This document shows, in pieces, positions 26,279 to 34,314 of a DNA stretch of 42,872 nucleotides (position 1 is its first letter; the number at the start of each line of letters is the position of its first letter). The notes under the pieces were generated by a model. It saw only the letters and a program-made list of their open reading frames with translations. It did no database searches and was not told where the DNA came from. The position numbers and the translations under genes were made by a program. The stretch is from the IMG/VR virus record IMGVR_UViG_3300045988_175311, positions 1 to 42,872 of that record. One strand, 5' to 3'. This DNA is from a virus.

Positions 26279-27442
26279 ATGGCATCCATCTACAAGCTTA
26301 ATAAGTCATGGGCAGCAAGATTATCCTACCAAGAGAATGGAAAGCGTAAGCGGCTTAATAAAGCAGGATTTTCTACCAAGTCAGCTGCACGTGCATGGGC
26401 AACCACTCAGGAAGCGGAGCTACAGAAGCACGGTGGCAATCACCTTTCCAAGCAAAGCATCATAGAATACTATCAAGAATGGTTTGACACTTTCAAAAAA
26501 CCAAGGGTTGCTTCGGCAACACAACGGCGCTACATGGCAACAAAAGAAGTAATTGTGCGTTATTTTGGTAATCGGTCTTTAGACTCGATTGACTATGCTG
26601 ATTATCAAGAATTTATCAACAAGCTTGCTAGCAGCCATAAATTAGGCACGGTAAAAAAAGTGCATGGACAAGTTCGGGCAGCTATCCGCAAGGCATTTCA
26701 AATGGGCAAAATTTCAGCAGATTTTACCGACGGTGCCGAGATATCCGGAAAACCGGGTAAAAAACCTGAAGACAAATTTCTTGACCTAGATGATATGCAA
26801 CGACTTCTGGAATACTGTCTTATGAATATCAAATTCATCACTGATGTTGATCGAGCTATGTATATATGTGCCCTTCTTACAGGTATGCGCTATGAAGAGG
26901 TTGCTGGACTAACATGGGATTGTGTCAACTTTGAAAAACACACGCTGAAAGTTAATAAAGCGTGGGATCACGTGGAACATAAATTTGGACCAACTAAAAA
27001 CGAATCATCCATGCGGACAATCAAGATCGACAGCCAGTTAGTGTTGATGCTCAAGGAATGGCGTCAAATTGTTAACGAATACATGAACCGACGGCATAGG
27101 TCGAATCCTAATAATTTTGTCTTTCTTGCTCGCAGTCGTGGAGCCGTTAGCCCGGAAACAGTTAACCATTTGCTACGAAAAGTATATCAGCAAGGCATTA
27201 TCTCTAAACCAATCACATTTCACGGTCTCAGGCACACACACGCAAGCTATCTGATATCAAGTGGTATCTCTACCCATTACATTTCTGAACGCTTAGGACA
27301 TAAAAATACGATCGTGACAGAAACCACGTATGCACATCTTTTTAAGAAAAAAAGGATTGAGGAAGAAAACCGAGCAATGAAAATGCTCGAAAATTTAGAT
27401 AAAAGAAAGCAAAAAACATCGTCTGAAATTCATCAAAAATAG
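26279..27442 (+). CDS. int: Tyrosine site-specific integrase
   Basis: RBS AAAGGAG. The C-terminal catalytic region reads HGLRHTHASYL...LGH...TYAH. Confidence 0.9.
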   Translation: MASIYKLNKSWAARLSYQENGKRKRLNKAGFSTKSAARAWATTQEAELQKHGGNHLSKQSIIEYYQEWFDTFKKPRVASATQRRYMATKEVIVRYFGNRSLDSIDYADYQEFINKLASSHKLGTVKKVHGQVRAAIRKAFQMGKISADFTDGAEISGKPGKKPEDKFLDLDDMQRLLEYCLMNIKFITDVDRAMYICALLTGMRYEEVAGLTWDCVNFEKHTLKVNKAWDHVEHKFGPTKNESSMRTIKIDSQLVLMLKEWRQIVNEYMNRRHRSNPNNFVFLARSRGAVSPETVNHLLRKVYQQGIISKPITFHGLRHTHASYLISSGISTHYISERLGHKNTIVTETTYAHLFKKKRIEEENRAMKMLENLDKRKQKTSSEIHQK

Positions 27443-27459
27443 CATTTTTTGTCTTCGAT

Positions 27460-27476
27460 GGTCAAAAAATGGTCAA
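27460..27476. repeat. 17-bp direct repeat, copy 1: GGTCAAAAAATGGTCAA
   Basis: Identical to 27668-27684. Each copy holds two GGTCAA units 11 bp apart. Confidence 0.85.
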
Positions 27477-27570
27477 TCATGTCTTACAAACGTTGATATA
27501 TCAGCAAGTTTAAAATCTCTCTTGCGACATAGTGTACCATTTTTAGCAGTTTTACTGCAACGTTGATATG

Positions 27571-27616
27571 ACGCCTCAAATCCTTTTATATGATGGATTT
27601 GAGGCGTTTTTATTTT
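27571..27616 (+). terminator. Strong intrinsic terminator hairpin downstream of int
   Basis: ACGCCTCAAATCC-TTTTATATGAT-GGATTTGAGGCGT (13-bp perfect stem), followed by TTTTTATTTT. Confidence 0.6.
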
Positions 27617-27667
27617 AGCTGAAAGTTGTCGTTATTTTCTCTTGCTTTATCTCTTTTTCAGAAATTG

Positions 27668-27684
27668 GGTCAAAAAATGGTCAA
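27668..27684. repeat. 17-bp direct repeat, copy 2: GGTCAAAAAATGGTCAA
   Basis: Identical to 27460-27476. Confidence 0.85.
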
Positions 27685-27898
27685 CAAGATTCTAGAAGAC
27701 AAAACTATCTGCTTTCGTATGTATTATTCGAGATAATGATAATGGATCAAAACGAATTAATTAATAACAAATTGTACTTACGTTATCAAGATGATTCAAT
27801 CATATAATAGTAGAAAAACCGCTTGAGGTCGAAATGTTAACTGTTTTTCCAAACACTTTGAAAACTAAAAAATCCACCTCGAATTAACAAGATGGGAT

Positions 27899-27939
27899 TA
27901 ATATCAGTGTTTTCACATTGATGTAAACATAAATACACT
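27899..27939 (-). promoter_or_regulatory. Second copy of the early promoter/operator-like sequence
   Basis: TTGATGTAAACAT plus AAATACACT (27918-27939) matches 23713-23725 plus 23728-23736. On the minus strand, TTTACA (27927-27922) is followed after a 17-nt spacer by ATATTA. Confidence 0.4.
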
Positions 27940-27983
27940 ATTTATTAAAAAGTGTAAACGCCCACTCAGTTAAATTTAATCTC

Positions 27984-29016
27984 GGCAAATTACAAGTTTA
28001 ATCCGAACAAGCCCGGAATCTTTCAATGGCAGTCTGTTGATGATGTATTTTTAATGGTCGTTGATTAATTAGTTCAAGTGCTGCTAGGATCTCATCAGTC
28101 GTTACTTGGCTAAAATTGGTCTTTTTCGGGAAGAACCAGCGTAACCGTCTATTAAAATATTCATTGGAACCTCGCTCCCATGGTGAATATGGATGGCAAA
28201 AATAAACTTTGATCTGATAATCCTGTTCTAAGGCCTGATAATTGGCAAACTCTTTACCATGATCAACAGTAATGGATTTTACTTGGGGACCGAAGGCCCC
28301 CATAAACTTGCCAAAGGCGGTGTTTAGAGCCTTAGCCGTTCTATTAGGGGCTTTGATGGCCCATAGAAGTCGGGTCTTACGTTCTACGAATGTAACCAGA
28401 CATGATCGTGACTCACTTCGACTAGAAAGCACCGTATCTACTTCCCAATGACCAAAAGCTAACCGTTGATTAACAGTTGTTGGCCGTTGTTCGATGGAAG
28501 TCCCACTTGTAAATTTCCCACGATTTTCGCTCACTCGGTGCTGGCGGACATTCCGATTGGGTAGATCAGTCAATTTGAAGGGGAGCCAGCCACGATTAAG
28601 CCAATTATAAATTGACGCAGTGCTCAAGTTATAAGCGGCCGCAATGGTTTCTGGTGACCAGGTTAATCGTAAGTGATTGGTAATTAAAGTCGCTAATGCT
28701 GCCGTCAGCATCGAACGACGACCGCAATTCCGCCTTTTGCGATCTGCATCTTGCTGAGCTAATTCTGGATCATAAGGTTTAACCCGGTCCAACTCATAGC
28801 TAATCGTAGCTTTGGCGACGCCTAAGGCGTCAGCCATTACTTGGTAAGATTTATTCCCCTCATTGACCAGTTGTGCTAGTGCGCCACGTTGAAAACGTGA
28901 TAAAGTAGATGTACCCAAAGTAATCACTCCCTATATTGGTTGGAATTAGCTACTACCATTGTAAGTGATTGCTTTGGGCTTTTTAATTTCTGTTCGGATT
29001 AATTATAGAATTTGCC
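27984..29016 (-). mobile_element. IS30-family insertion sequence (1,033 bp)
   Basis: Imperfect terminal inverted repeats: GGCAAATTACAAGTTTAATCCGAACA versus GGCAAATTCTATAATTAATCCGAACA (21 of 26 positions). The dinucleotide TC flanks both ends (27982-27983 and 29017-29018). A single transposase ORF fills the element. Confidence 0.85.
27998..28927 (-). CDS. IS30-family DDE transposase
   Basis: N-terminal HTH, and the rve-type core ...HWEVDTV...ITVDHGKEF...PWERGSNE. Confidence 0.85.
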   Translation of the reverse strand: MITLGTSTLSRFQRGALAQLVNEGNKSYQVMADALGVAKATISYELDRVKPYDPELAQQDADRKRRNCGRRSMLTAALATLITNHLRLTWSPETIAAAYNLSTASIYNWLNRGWLPFKLTDLPNRNVRQHRVSENRGKFTSGTSIEQRPTTVNQRLAFGHWEVDTVLSSRSESRSCLVTFVERKTRLLWAIKAPNRTAKALNTAFGKFMGAFGPQVKSITVDHGKEFANYQALEQDYQIKVYFCHPYSPWERGSNEYFNRRLRWFFPKKTNFSQVTTDEILAALELINQRPLKIHHQQTAIERFRACSD

Positions 29017-29026
29017 TCTCCAATAT

Positions 29027-29054
29027 AAAAAAAGCCCACCCTGAACTGGGAGGC
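29027..29054 (-). terminator. Terminator-like hairpin downstream of the DUF3800 gene
   Basis: Minus strand reads GCCTCCCAG-TTCA-GGGTGGGC (imperfect stem), followed by TTTTTTTATA. The plus-strand left arm GCCCACCCTGAACT nearly matches the lysin terminator. Confidence 0.45.
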
Positions 29055-29191
29055 TTTCAAATTATGTAAATTCCCTTCTCCAGGGAACCCAACAAGGACG
29101 GCGTACTTACAGTACGCTTAATATTTCTATCGCTACCCTGTTGTGGCCAGTACGGTATTAACTCCGCCTGCATGTTTAGTATAAAGGAAGA

Positions 29192-29899
29192 CTATGGCAT
29201 ATTCAAGCATAAATGATTGGGAATTTCTCTTAGATTCTGGTCACCAAAATAATAAGAATTTTCAATTCTGTTGGCTAATATATCGGCGCTTTGAATTAAA
29301 TAGTTCATGGATGAATCACAATACTGTACCGAGACTATAACTTTCCCCTCCATCACCGGATCGTGGAACGTCCCGTAATCATAGTTTGAAATGCCTTCGG
29401 CCAGTTCTTCATAAATAGACTCTTTAAGAGTATAGACACCGTTAGTAGCCGTTGCTTGCTCATCCAAATAGATATGAATTTTCAAATCATCTTTGACATC
29501 TATAATATTTTTATTGATATAATTCAAAATTTCGCGTTTAATGATACGTTTTAAAACATAATCCTTATATCGATGGATAGAATTTTTTGATCCTAATATG
29601 TGATCATAAACTTTAGAGATATCAACAGCAACAGAAAAGCTTTGTTCATATTTAAATACTTGGAATAACTTATTCTTATACTTCTGCTTTAACTTTGAAG
29701 CTTTAATCTCACCGTCAATATGAGTTGCATTTTTAACAATATGTACCATATTACGGTATCTTCGCTTAGCATCTTCCATTTTTATTTTAGACAAGAAAGA
29801 ATAGCCTGCATAAATAAAATCCTTGCAGGGATCATTTTTGTTTAAAACACCTGAATCATCGACAAAGAAATATATTGACTTTTGGCTTGATCTGTTCAA
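29192..29899 (-). CDS. DUF3800-like protein (moron cargo)
   Basis: The TTG start lies 7 nt after GAGGA. N-terminal motif FFVDDSG and C-terminal motif LIQSADILANRI resemble the DUF3800 signature. The gene looks AT-rich by eye. Confidence 0.5.
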   Translation of the reverse strand: MNRSSQKSIYFFVDDSGVLNKNDPCKDFIYAGYSFLSKIKMEDAKRRYRNMVHIVKNATHIDGEIKASKLKQKYKNKLFQVFKYEQSFSVAVDISKVYDHILGSKNSIHRYKDYVLKRIIKREILNYINKNIIDVKDDLKIHIYLDEQATATNGVYTLKESIYEELAEGISNYDYGTFHDPVMEGKVIVSVQYCDSSMNYLIQSADILANRIENSYYFGDQNLREIPNHLCLNMP

Positions 29900-29930
29900 A
29901 TTTAAAATCCTCGTTTTTTAAGTTAATCTA

Positions 29931-29959
29931 AGTATACAAAGCAAACTCTCCTAAATCAA
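29931..29959 (-). promoter_or_regulatory. Sigma-70-type promoter candidate for the DUF3800 gene
   Basis: Minus strand has TTGATT (29959-29954), a 17-nt spacer, and TATACT (29936-29931). Confidence 0.45.
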
Positions 29960-29974
29960 TATATTGCTTGCAAG

Positions 29975-30011
29975 CAAAAAAGGCCCACCCAGAACTTAAT
30001 CTGAGTGGACC
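29975..30011 (-). terminator. Intrinsic terminator of the lysis/late operon
   Basis: Minus strand reads GGTCCACTCAG-ATTAAGTT-CTGGGTGGGCC (11-bp stem with two G-U pairs), followed by TTTTTT. Confidence 0.6.
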
Positions 30012-30023
30012 CTTTTGCATACT

Positions 30024-30848
30024 TTATTTAATTTCTTTGATCAATTCTACATAATCCTTGTTGGCCGTTAAATAGCCAACTTGCGTTTTGAGTGAGTAGA
30101 TGTCACCGTCTTTAACTGCGACTCCATAAAAACGGCTGCCCTTGGCCAAACGCACATACCGTTTGTTTTTATCGCCTTTTAGCGGGAGCTTATTATAAGC
30201 ATGAATCAAATCCGTTTTAACTTCATACAGACCCTTAGCGGTGTAATACTCTGGTTTAATCGGGGTGGCTGATTTGCCGTTTGACTTCAATAAATTTTTG
30301 AAATCATAGCTGGCATCAAGCGACATTCCTTTAAACCGATCAGTGTATTGCCAGATATCCACATGATTAATTCCTGGTTGTGAAGTGCCGTAAGCCGCTA
30401 CCCATAACTTAGCATGCTTGGACAACGTTGCTTGATTAATCCGGCCTTCTTTAAACCATGAAGTGGAACCGTAAATCATTAAGTTATGGTAGCCATTGGC
30501 ATAGAGATATCCTAGGAACTTATTGATGCCGGCAGTACATTTTTGCGGTAAATCTGGGGCTTCCACATCAAGCGCCAGCCAAGTTGTTTTGTCTAACCCC
30601 ATTTTCTTAACTTTATCGAGGAAATATTGAGCTTCATTAGTGCCATAATGCCAAAAATGATACACACCAACAACACCATAGGCCTTATAAGCATTGGCAA
30701 TTTGATTGGCAGCCTTGGGTGAAGTATATTTAACACCTTCACTTAGCTTGACCATTGCACCAGAAACATCGTAAGATTTTAATCCGTTAAAAAAAGAAAT
30801 GGAATCGGGTTGGTATGCGGAAGTGTCAACAACAATTGAATGTGCCAT
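30024..30848 (-). CDS. Endolysin: GH25 muramidase with a C-terminal cell-wall-binding domain
   Basis: VVDTSAYQP...GVYHFW...DVE... in the N-terminal half. It immediately follows the holin gene. Confidence 0.85.
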   Translation of the reverse strand: MAHSIVVDTSAYQPDSISFFNGLKSYDVSGAMVKLSEGVKYTSPKAANQIANAYKAYGVVGVYHFWHYGTNEAQYFLDKVKKMGLDKTTWLALDVEAPDLPQKCTAGINKFLGYLYANGYHNLMIYGSTSWFKEGRINQATLSKHAKLWVAAYGTSQPGINHVDIWQYTDRFKGMSLDASYDFKNLLKSNGKSATPIKPEYYTAKGLYEVKTDLIHAYNKLPLKGDKNKRYVRLAKGSRFYGVAVKDGDIYSLKTQVGYLTANKDYVELIKEIK

Positions 30849-31366
30849 TATTTCTCAACCTCACCTTCAAGTTGCTTAATGTCACTTGCACCGTCACTTT
30901 CCACAGTATCGGTGCTATCTGATTTTGAAGCATCTGCTGTGGCATTCGTGTTGTCGGTTGTTGGTTGAGCATCGGATTCAGGCTTATCTTTAACAACGTC
31001 AGAACTAGGAGTAGTAATGACAGGGGCAACATTTTTACCTGCACTCTTGTACTCTTGATAAATGCTTTCAATGAATCCTTTAACCAATCCTGATTTAGCC
31101 CACGTGTAACCACGATCACTAGCAAAAGTTAATGCTTCGTTAAGCACGGCATCAAAACGGTCTTGCTTACTTAACGCTGCTACCTGGGCATATCGGGCAA
31201 CCAGTCCTTCAATTGCGGTTAAAAGGGATTTCTCTTGGGCGGTCTTAGCGTGTGCTTGAGCAAGTGGCAAAGCGGCTTTCCAAACGGCTAGAATAAAAGC
31301 AATTCCTGCAGCCAAAACGCCAGTTGATTGTAAATAGTTAAAAATCTTAGTTAAAATTGCAATCAT
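30848..31366 (-). CDS. Holin (LL-H-type, putative)
   Basis: N-terminal transmembrane segment VLAAGIAFILAVW with a long hydrophilic tail. RBS AGGAGG. It directly precedes the endolysin. Confidence 0.6.
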   Translation of the reverse strand: MIAILTKIFNYLQSTGVLAAGIAFILAVWKAALPLAQAHAKTAQEKSLLTAIEGLVARYAQVAALSKQDRFDAVLNEALTFASDRGYTWAKSGLVKGFIESIYQEYKSAGKNVAPVITTPSSDVVKDKPESDAQPTTDNTNATADASKSDSTDTVESDGASDIKQLEGEVEK

Positions 31367-31581
31367 TATTTAGCTACCTCCTGACTATCATTTTTTGCAA
31401 AACCATTACCAGAATCTGTTGAAGCTGCTGGTAAGGTTGGTTCACTAGATAATTCATCTGTTTTGAGTAATGCTTGAACATCCGCTTTAAATGGTGTCGG
31501 AACTTCATCAATCGTCCGGCCACCATCGGCAACATTTGCAGCAAACAAAATTGATACTGTACAATACTTTTTATCTAACAT
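31366..31581 (-). CDS. Hypothetical lysis-module protein
   Basis: 71 aa, RBS GAGGAA. Confidence 0.45.
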   Translation of the reverse strand: MLDKKYCTVSILFAANVADGGRTIDEVPTPFKADVQALLKTDELSSEPTLPAASTDSGNGFAKNDSQEVAK

Positions 31582-31594
31582 TTTTAAATTCCTC

Positions 31595-31921
31595 CTAATG
31601 AATAAAGTGCATTAATTGTTGTAGAATCAAATAAATTACGGAACTGGACCCGATCGCAATGGTAACCACCTTCCACAAGTTCTGACGATTGATAACTTCC
31701 ATCTCATTTTTATGATTTTCACTTTTCTCGTCTCCACGGATGACTGCTTCCAAGATACGGTTGTTTTGTTCCCGCAAGTATTTGTTGCTTTCATCGACAC
31801 TTTTTAGCGTGTCGGTCATTTTATTGTTAAGATCAGTAATCCGACGTTCGTGATCCGATAGTTCTTTGCCATGTTTCAATAACATTTGATGATCCTGATC
31901 GCTTAGTGGCAACGGCCTCAC
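31595..31921 (-). CDS. XhlA-like coiled-coil protein with a C-terminal membrane anchor (start may be the ATG at 31885)
   Basis: Coiled-coil followed by LWKVVTIAIGSSSVIYLILQQL. Position upstream of the holin, as in PBSX xhlA. Confidence 0.5.
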   Translation of the reverse strand: MRPLPLSDQDHQMLLKHGKELSDHERRITDLNNKMTDTLKSVDESNKYLREQNNRILEAVIRGDEKSENHKNEMEVINRQNLWKVVTIAIGSSSVIYLILQQLMHFIH

Positions 31922-32132
31922 TTCCCTTCTATTTTTGGGTAAAATAAAAGCACCTATCCAACAGATAAGCGCAACTTCATATATGGGGATATATGAAATT
32001 AAATCATAAATAAAAACAGAAAAGATATATTTGAGGGTAATATCTTTTATATATGGCTAGTAACCGGTGTACCGGTTACCCAGCCATCAGTATCAAGTGT
32101 TACATAATAAGTCATAAAAATTTTCCTTCTTT

Positions 32133-33698
32133 CTAATTAAAAGTGCCTACGATGTGAATATAGCCGTAAAAAGAAAGTGAGCCAGTGGGGAAAGGACCAT
32201 ATCCAGAATAAGAATTTTTATAATAAATTTTATTCGCGGCTGTTGAACAAAGGGTCATAATTCCTCCATAAAAGGAACTGGATGGCGCATCTGTTAGCCC
32301 AAATTCACCGTAAACGCTGTAATCACTGAGCTTGTCAAAGTTGTGAACCTCAGGATCTTGAAACAAAATACCCTTTTTATCAATACCATTCTCATCGGTT
32401 CTACCGATAACAAACAATTCGTACGTCATTTTGGTATTGTCCTTTTTGTAAAACGCATTCTCTATAGTGAAATTAGCCATCGAAACACTTACTGGATGCC
32501 AAGCCGATTTTTCAACGCTTTTCAAATCGGCCATAGTAGCGGCCTGATTACCCCCTTTATTTGTCGAGGCGTCATTTATGACTGGCGCAATACTAAATGT
32601 CTGTTGAGCTGTAAATGTTTGAGGCTGTCCCGTTCGTGCAACGTCACTTGGTACACCATCTTTAGTGATATATGGATGACCGGTTGTCTTGTCAATTGGC
32701 GCAGTATCAAACGTGTTCTTACCTGTAAACTCTTGATCCGAACCCGTTCGTGCTAGGTCAGACGGCAAACTGCTTGCTAGTAATAACGGATTATTATTAA
32801 CCGTTGGAACAGTGTCAAAATTGTTAGCACCAGATAGGTGGGCTACTTTGGAATCGTCAGCAATTGTTGCCCATGGTAACCAATTAAAACTTGTAGAAGC
32901 AAAACGAAAGTATCTTATATCATCATCCGTGTAAAGCTCCTGTAAATACATGCTTCCTTTAAATGTTACTTTTAGACAACCCCAATGTTTAACAGTTTTA
33001 GGAGCATTAACAAGTGCTACACCCACAAAAGGATAAACTCCCTCAATAGTAACTGTATTGAGATCAGTTCCGTCAGCTAAATTATTTTGATTTAAAGCAG
33101 TCGAAACATCTTCCATTCCCAATACATCACTAGCAGGTTTACGCATATCAGCAATATTCACTTTTTTATCAAGTTGCTGATTAACGTCAACTGTCTTGGC
33201 GTAAGGCTGTAATGCCTCAGCTAAATCAGTATCTGAAACATAAATGTCATCCGAATTACCAAAAGTGATATTACTGGTATTGCTAATATTCACTTTGTAT
33301 GAATAAGTAACAGCTTGCGGGGTTACACCATCATATTCTGGCAAATAATTAGGATTAGGGGATACCGTAATTCCATATAATATCTCATTGCTTGAATCAT
33401 CTTTAGCATAAACAGCATAAGTTTTAACATAAACACCATCAGTTAATGCTTTATTATTACCAGTTGCTCGAATTCGAGTTTCACCAGTGCCATTATCCAG
33501 AGTAACTTCTGGATTATTAACCACAATTTCTTGTGGCGCAACTGTAGTTAATGCTTTTATCTGGTCATCAGTTAGTTGATTATTATTCATGCTGGAAAAA
33601 ACAATTTTGCTAAAAGTAATTTTAGTTTGACCAGCATTAACTCGATCAATTAAATTTTTACCTGCATTCGTTAAGATCCCTACGTTTGGCGTTGCCAA
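32133..33698 (-). CDS. Tail fibre / receptor-binding protein
   Basis: 521 aa with a TTG start after GAGGAG. It is the last structural gene. Internal repeat: DLARTGSDQEFTGKNTFD / DVARTGQPQTFTAQQTF. Confidence 0.65.
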   Translation of the reverse strand: MATPNVGILTNAGKNLIDRVNAGQTKITFSKIVFSSMNNNQLTDDQIKALTTVAPQEIVVNNPEVTLDNGTGETRIRATGNNKALTDGVYVKTYAVYAKDDSSNEILYGITVSPNPNYLPEYDGVTPQAVTYSYKVNISNTSNITFGNSDDIYVSDTDLAEALQPYAKTVDVNQQLDKKVNIADMRKPASDVLGMEDVSTALNQNNLADGTDLNTVTIEGVYPFVGVALVNAPKTVKHWGCLKVTFKGSMYLQELYTDDDIRYFRFASTSFNWLPWATIADDSKVAHLSGANNFDTVPTVNNNPLLLASSLPSDLARTGSDQEFTGKNTFDTAPIDKTTGHPYITKDGVPSDVARTGQPQTFTAQQTFSIAPVINDASTNKGGNQAATMADLKSVEKSAWHPVSVSMANFTIENAFYKKDNTKMTYELFVIGRTDENGIDKKGILFQDPEVHNFDKLSDYSVYGEFGLTDAPSSSFYGGIMTLCSTAANKIYYKNSYSGYGPFPTGSLSFYGYIHIVGTFN

Positions 33699-34301
33699 TT
33701 AAACCATCTCCTCAACAGTAATTTGTGGATAAGACTGGGCATGAACTCCTACATAAAATTGATTGTTAACTGTCGTTGCATACTGTAAATCATTTAATAA
33801 ATATTCTGGTGGCAGCATTGACTGAATAGCATTGGTTAAAATTTTACGTTTAACTTCTGCCTTGTCACCTGAATTAAAATCAAAGGGAATATTGGTCACT
33901 TCGATCTCTTCTGGATTATCGGTACCGTTAATGTCGAACACATCTGTGCCAATATTTAAAACCGTTGCAATCAATATTTTTAAATCATTAGTTGTAATGC
34001 CCATATGGTTTTCCAATAATTGTAAACGAACTTCAAATCGTAAAAAATCATCGTCATCATCTATCCGATTGATGCCATAGTCCAGGGCAATATCTGTTAA
34101 TGTTTGCCCACTGGCATTATTTAACAAAACCTGATCTGATATACTGAGCAAGTCATTTTGATGTTCATTAAGAAGATCAGCAATCAAGTTTAATAAGTTT
34201 TGATTATTTGATTCATCTTCCTGATTCATAATCGCCGGAAACATTGAAACTAACCAGTTCCGTAAAGTACTATCAGATAAATTCCTTTCGGTTTGATACA
34301 T
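33699..34301 (-). CDS. XkdU-like baseplate/tail protein (putative)
   Basis: 200 aa, directly after the baseplate J-like gene. Confidence 0.5.
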   Translation of the reverse strand: MYQTERNLSDSTLRNWLVSMFPAIMNQEDESNNQNLLNLIADLLNEHQNDLLSISDQVLLNNASGQTLTDIALDYGINRIDDDDDFLRFEVRLQLLENHMGITTNDLKILIATVLNIGTDVFDINGTDNPEEIEVTNIPFDFNSGDKAEVKRKILTNAIQSMLPPEYLLNDLQYATTVNNQFYVGVHAQSYPQITVEEMV

Positions 34302-34314
34302 TTAGCATCCCTCT

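Noticed and set aside
27721-27795. A 23-aa plus-strand mini-ORF (MIMDQNELINNKLYLRYQDDSII) in the att region
   Set aside because: It is too short, has no RBS, and sits in AT-rich non-coding sequence.
30826-31125. The 99-aa ORF inside the holin gene, and similar nested ORFs (2996..3199, 3945..4151, 4574..4777, 7083..7280, 9669..9851, 19337..19546, 20997..21215, 21698..21904, 22932..23192, 35626..35811, 41401..41643)
   Set aside because: All are out-of-frame overlaps with longer, syntenic and better-supported genes on the same strand.
32133-33698. A diversity-generating retroelement or retron acting on the tail fibre
   Set aside because: There is no reverse transcriptase ORF anywhere in the window. 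I saw no template repeat matching the 3' end of the fibre gene.
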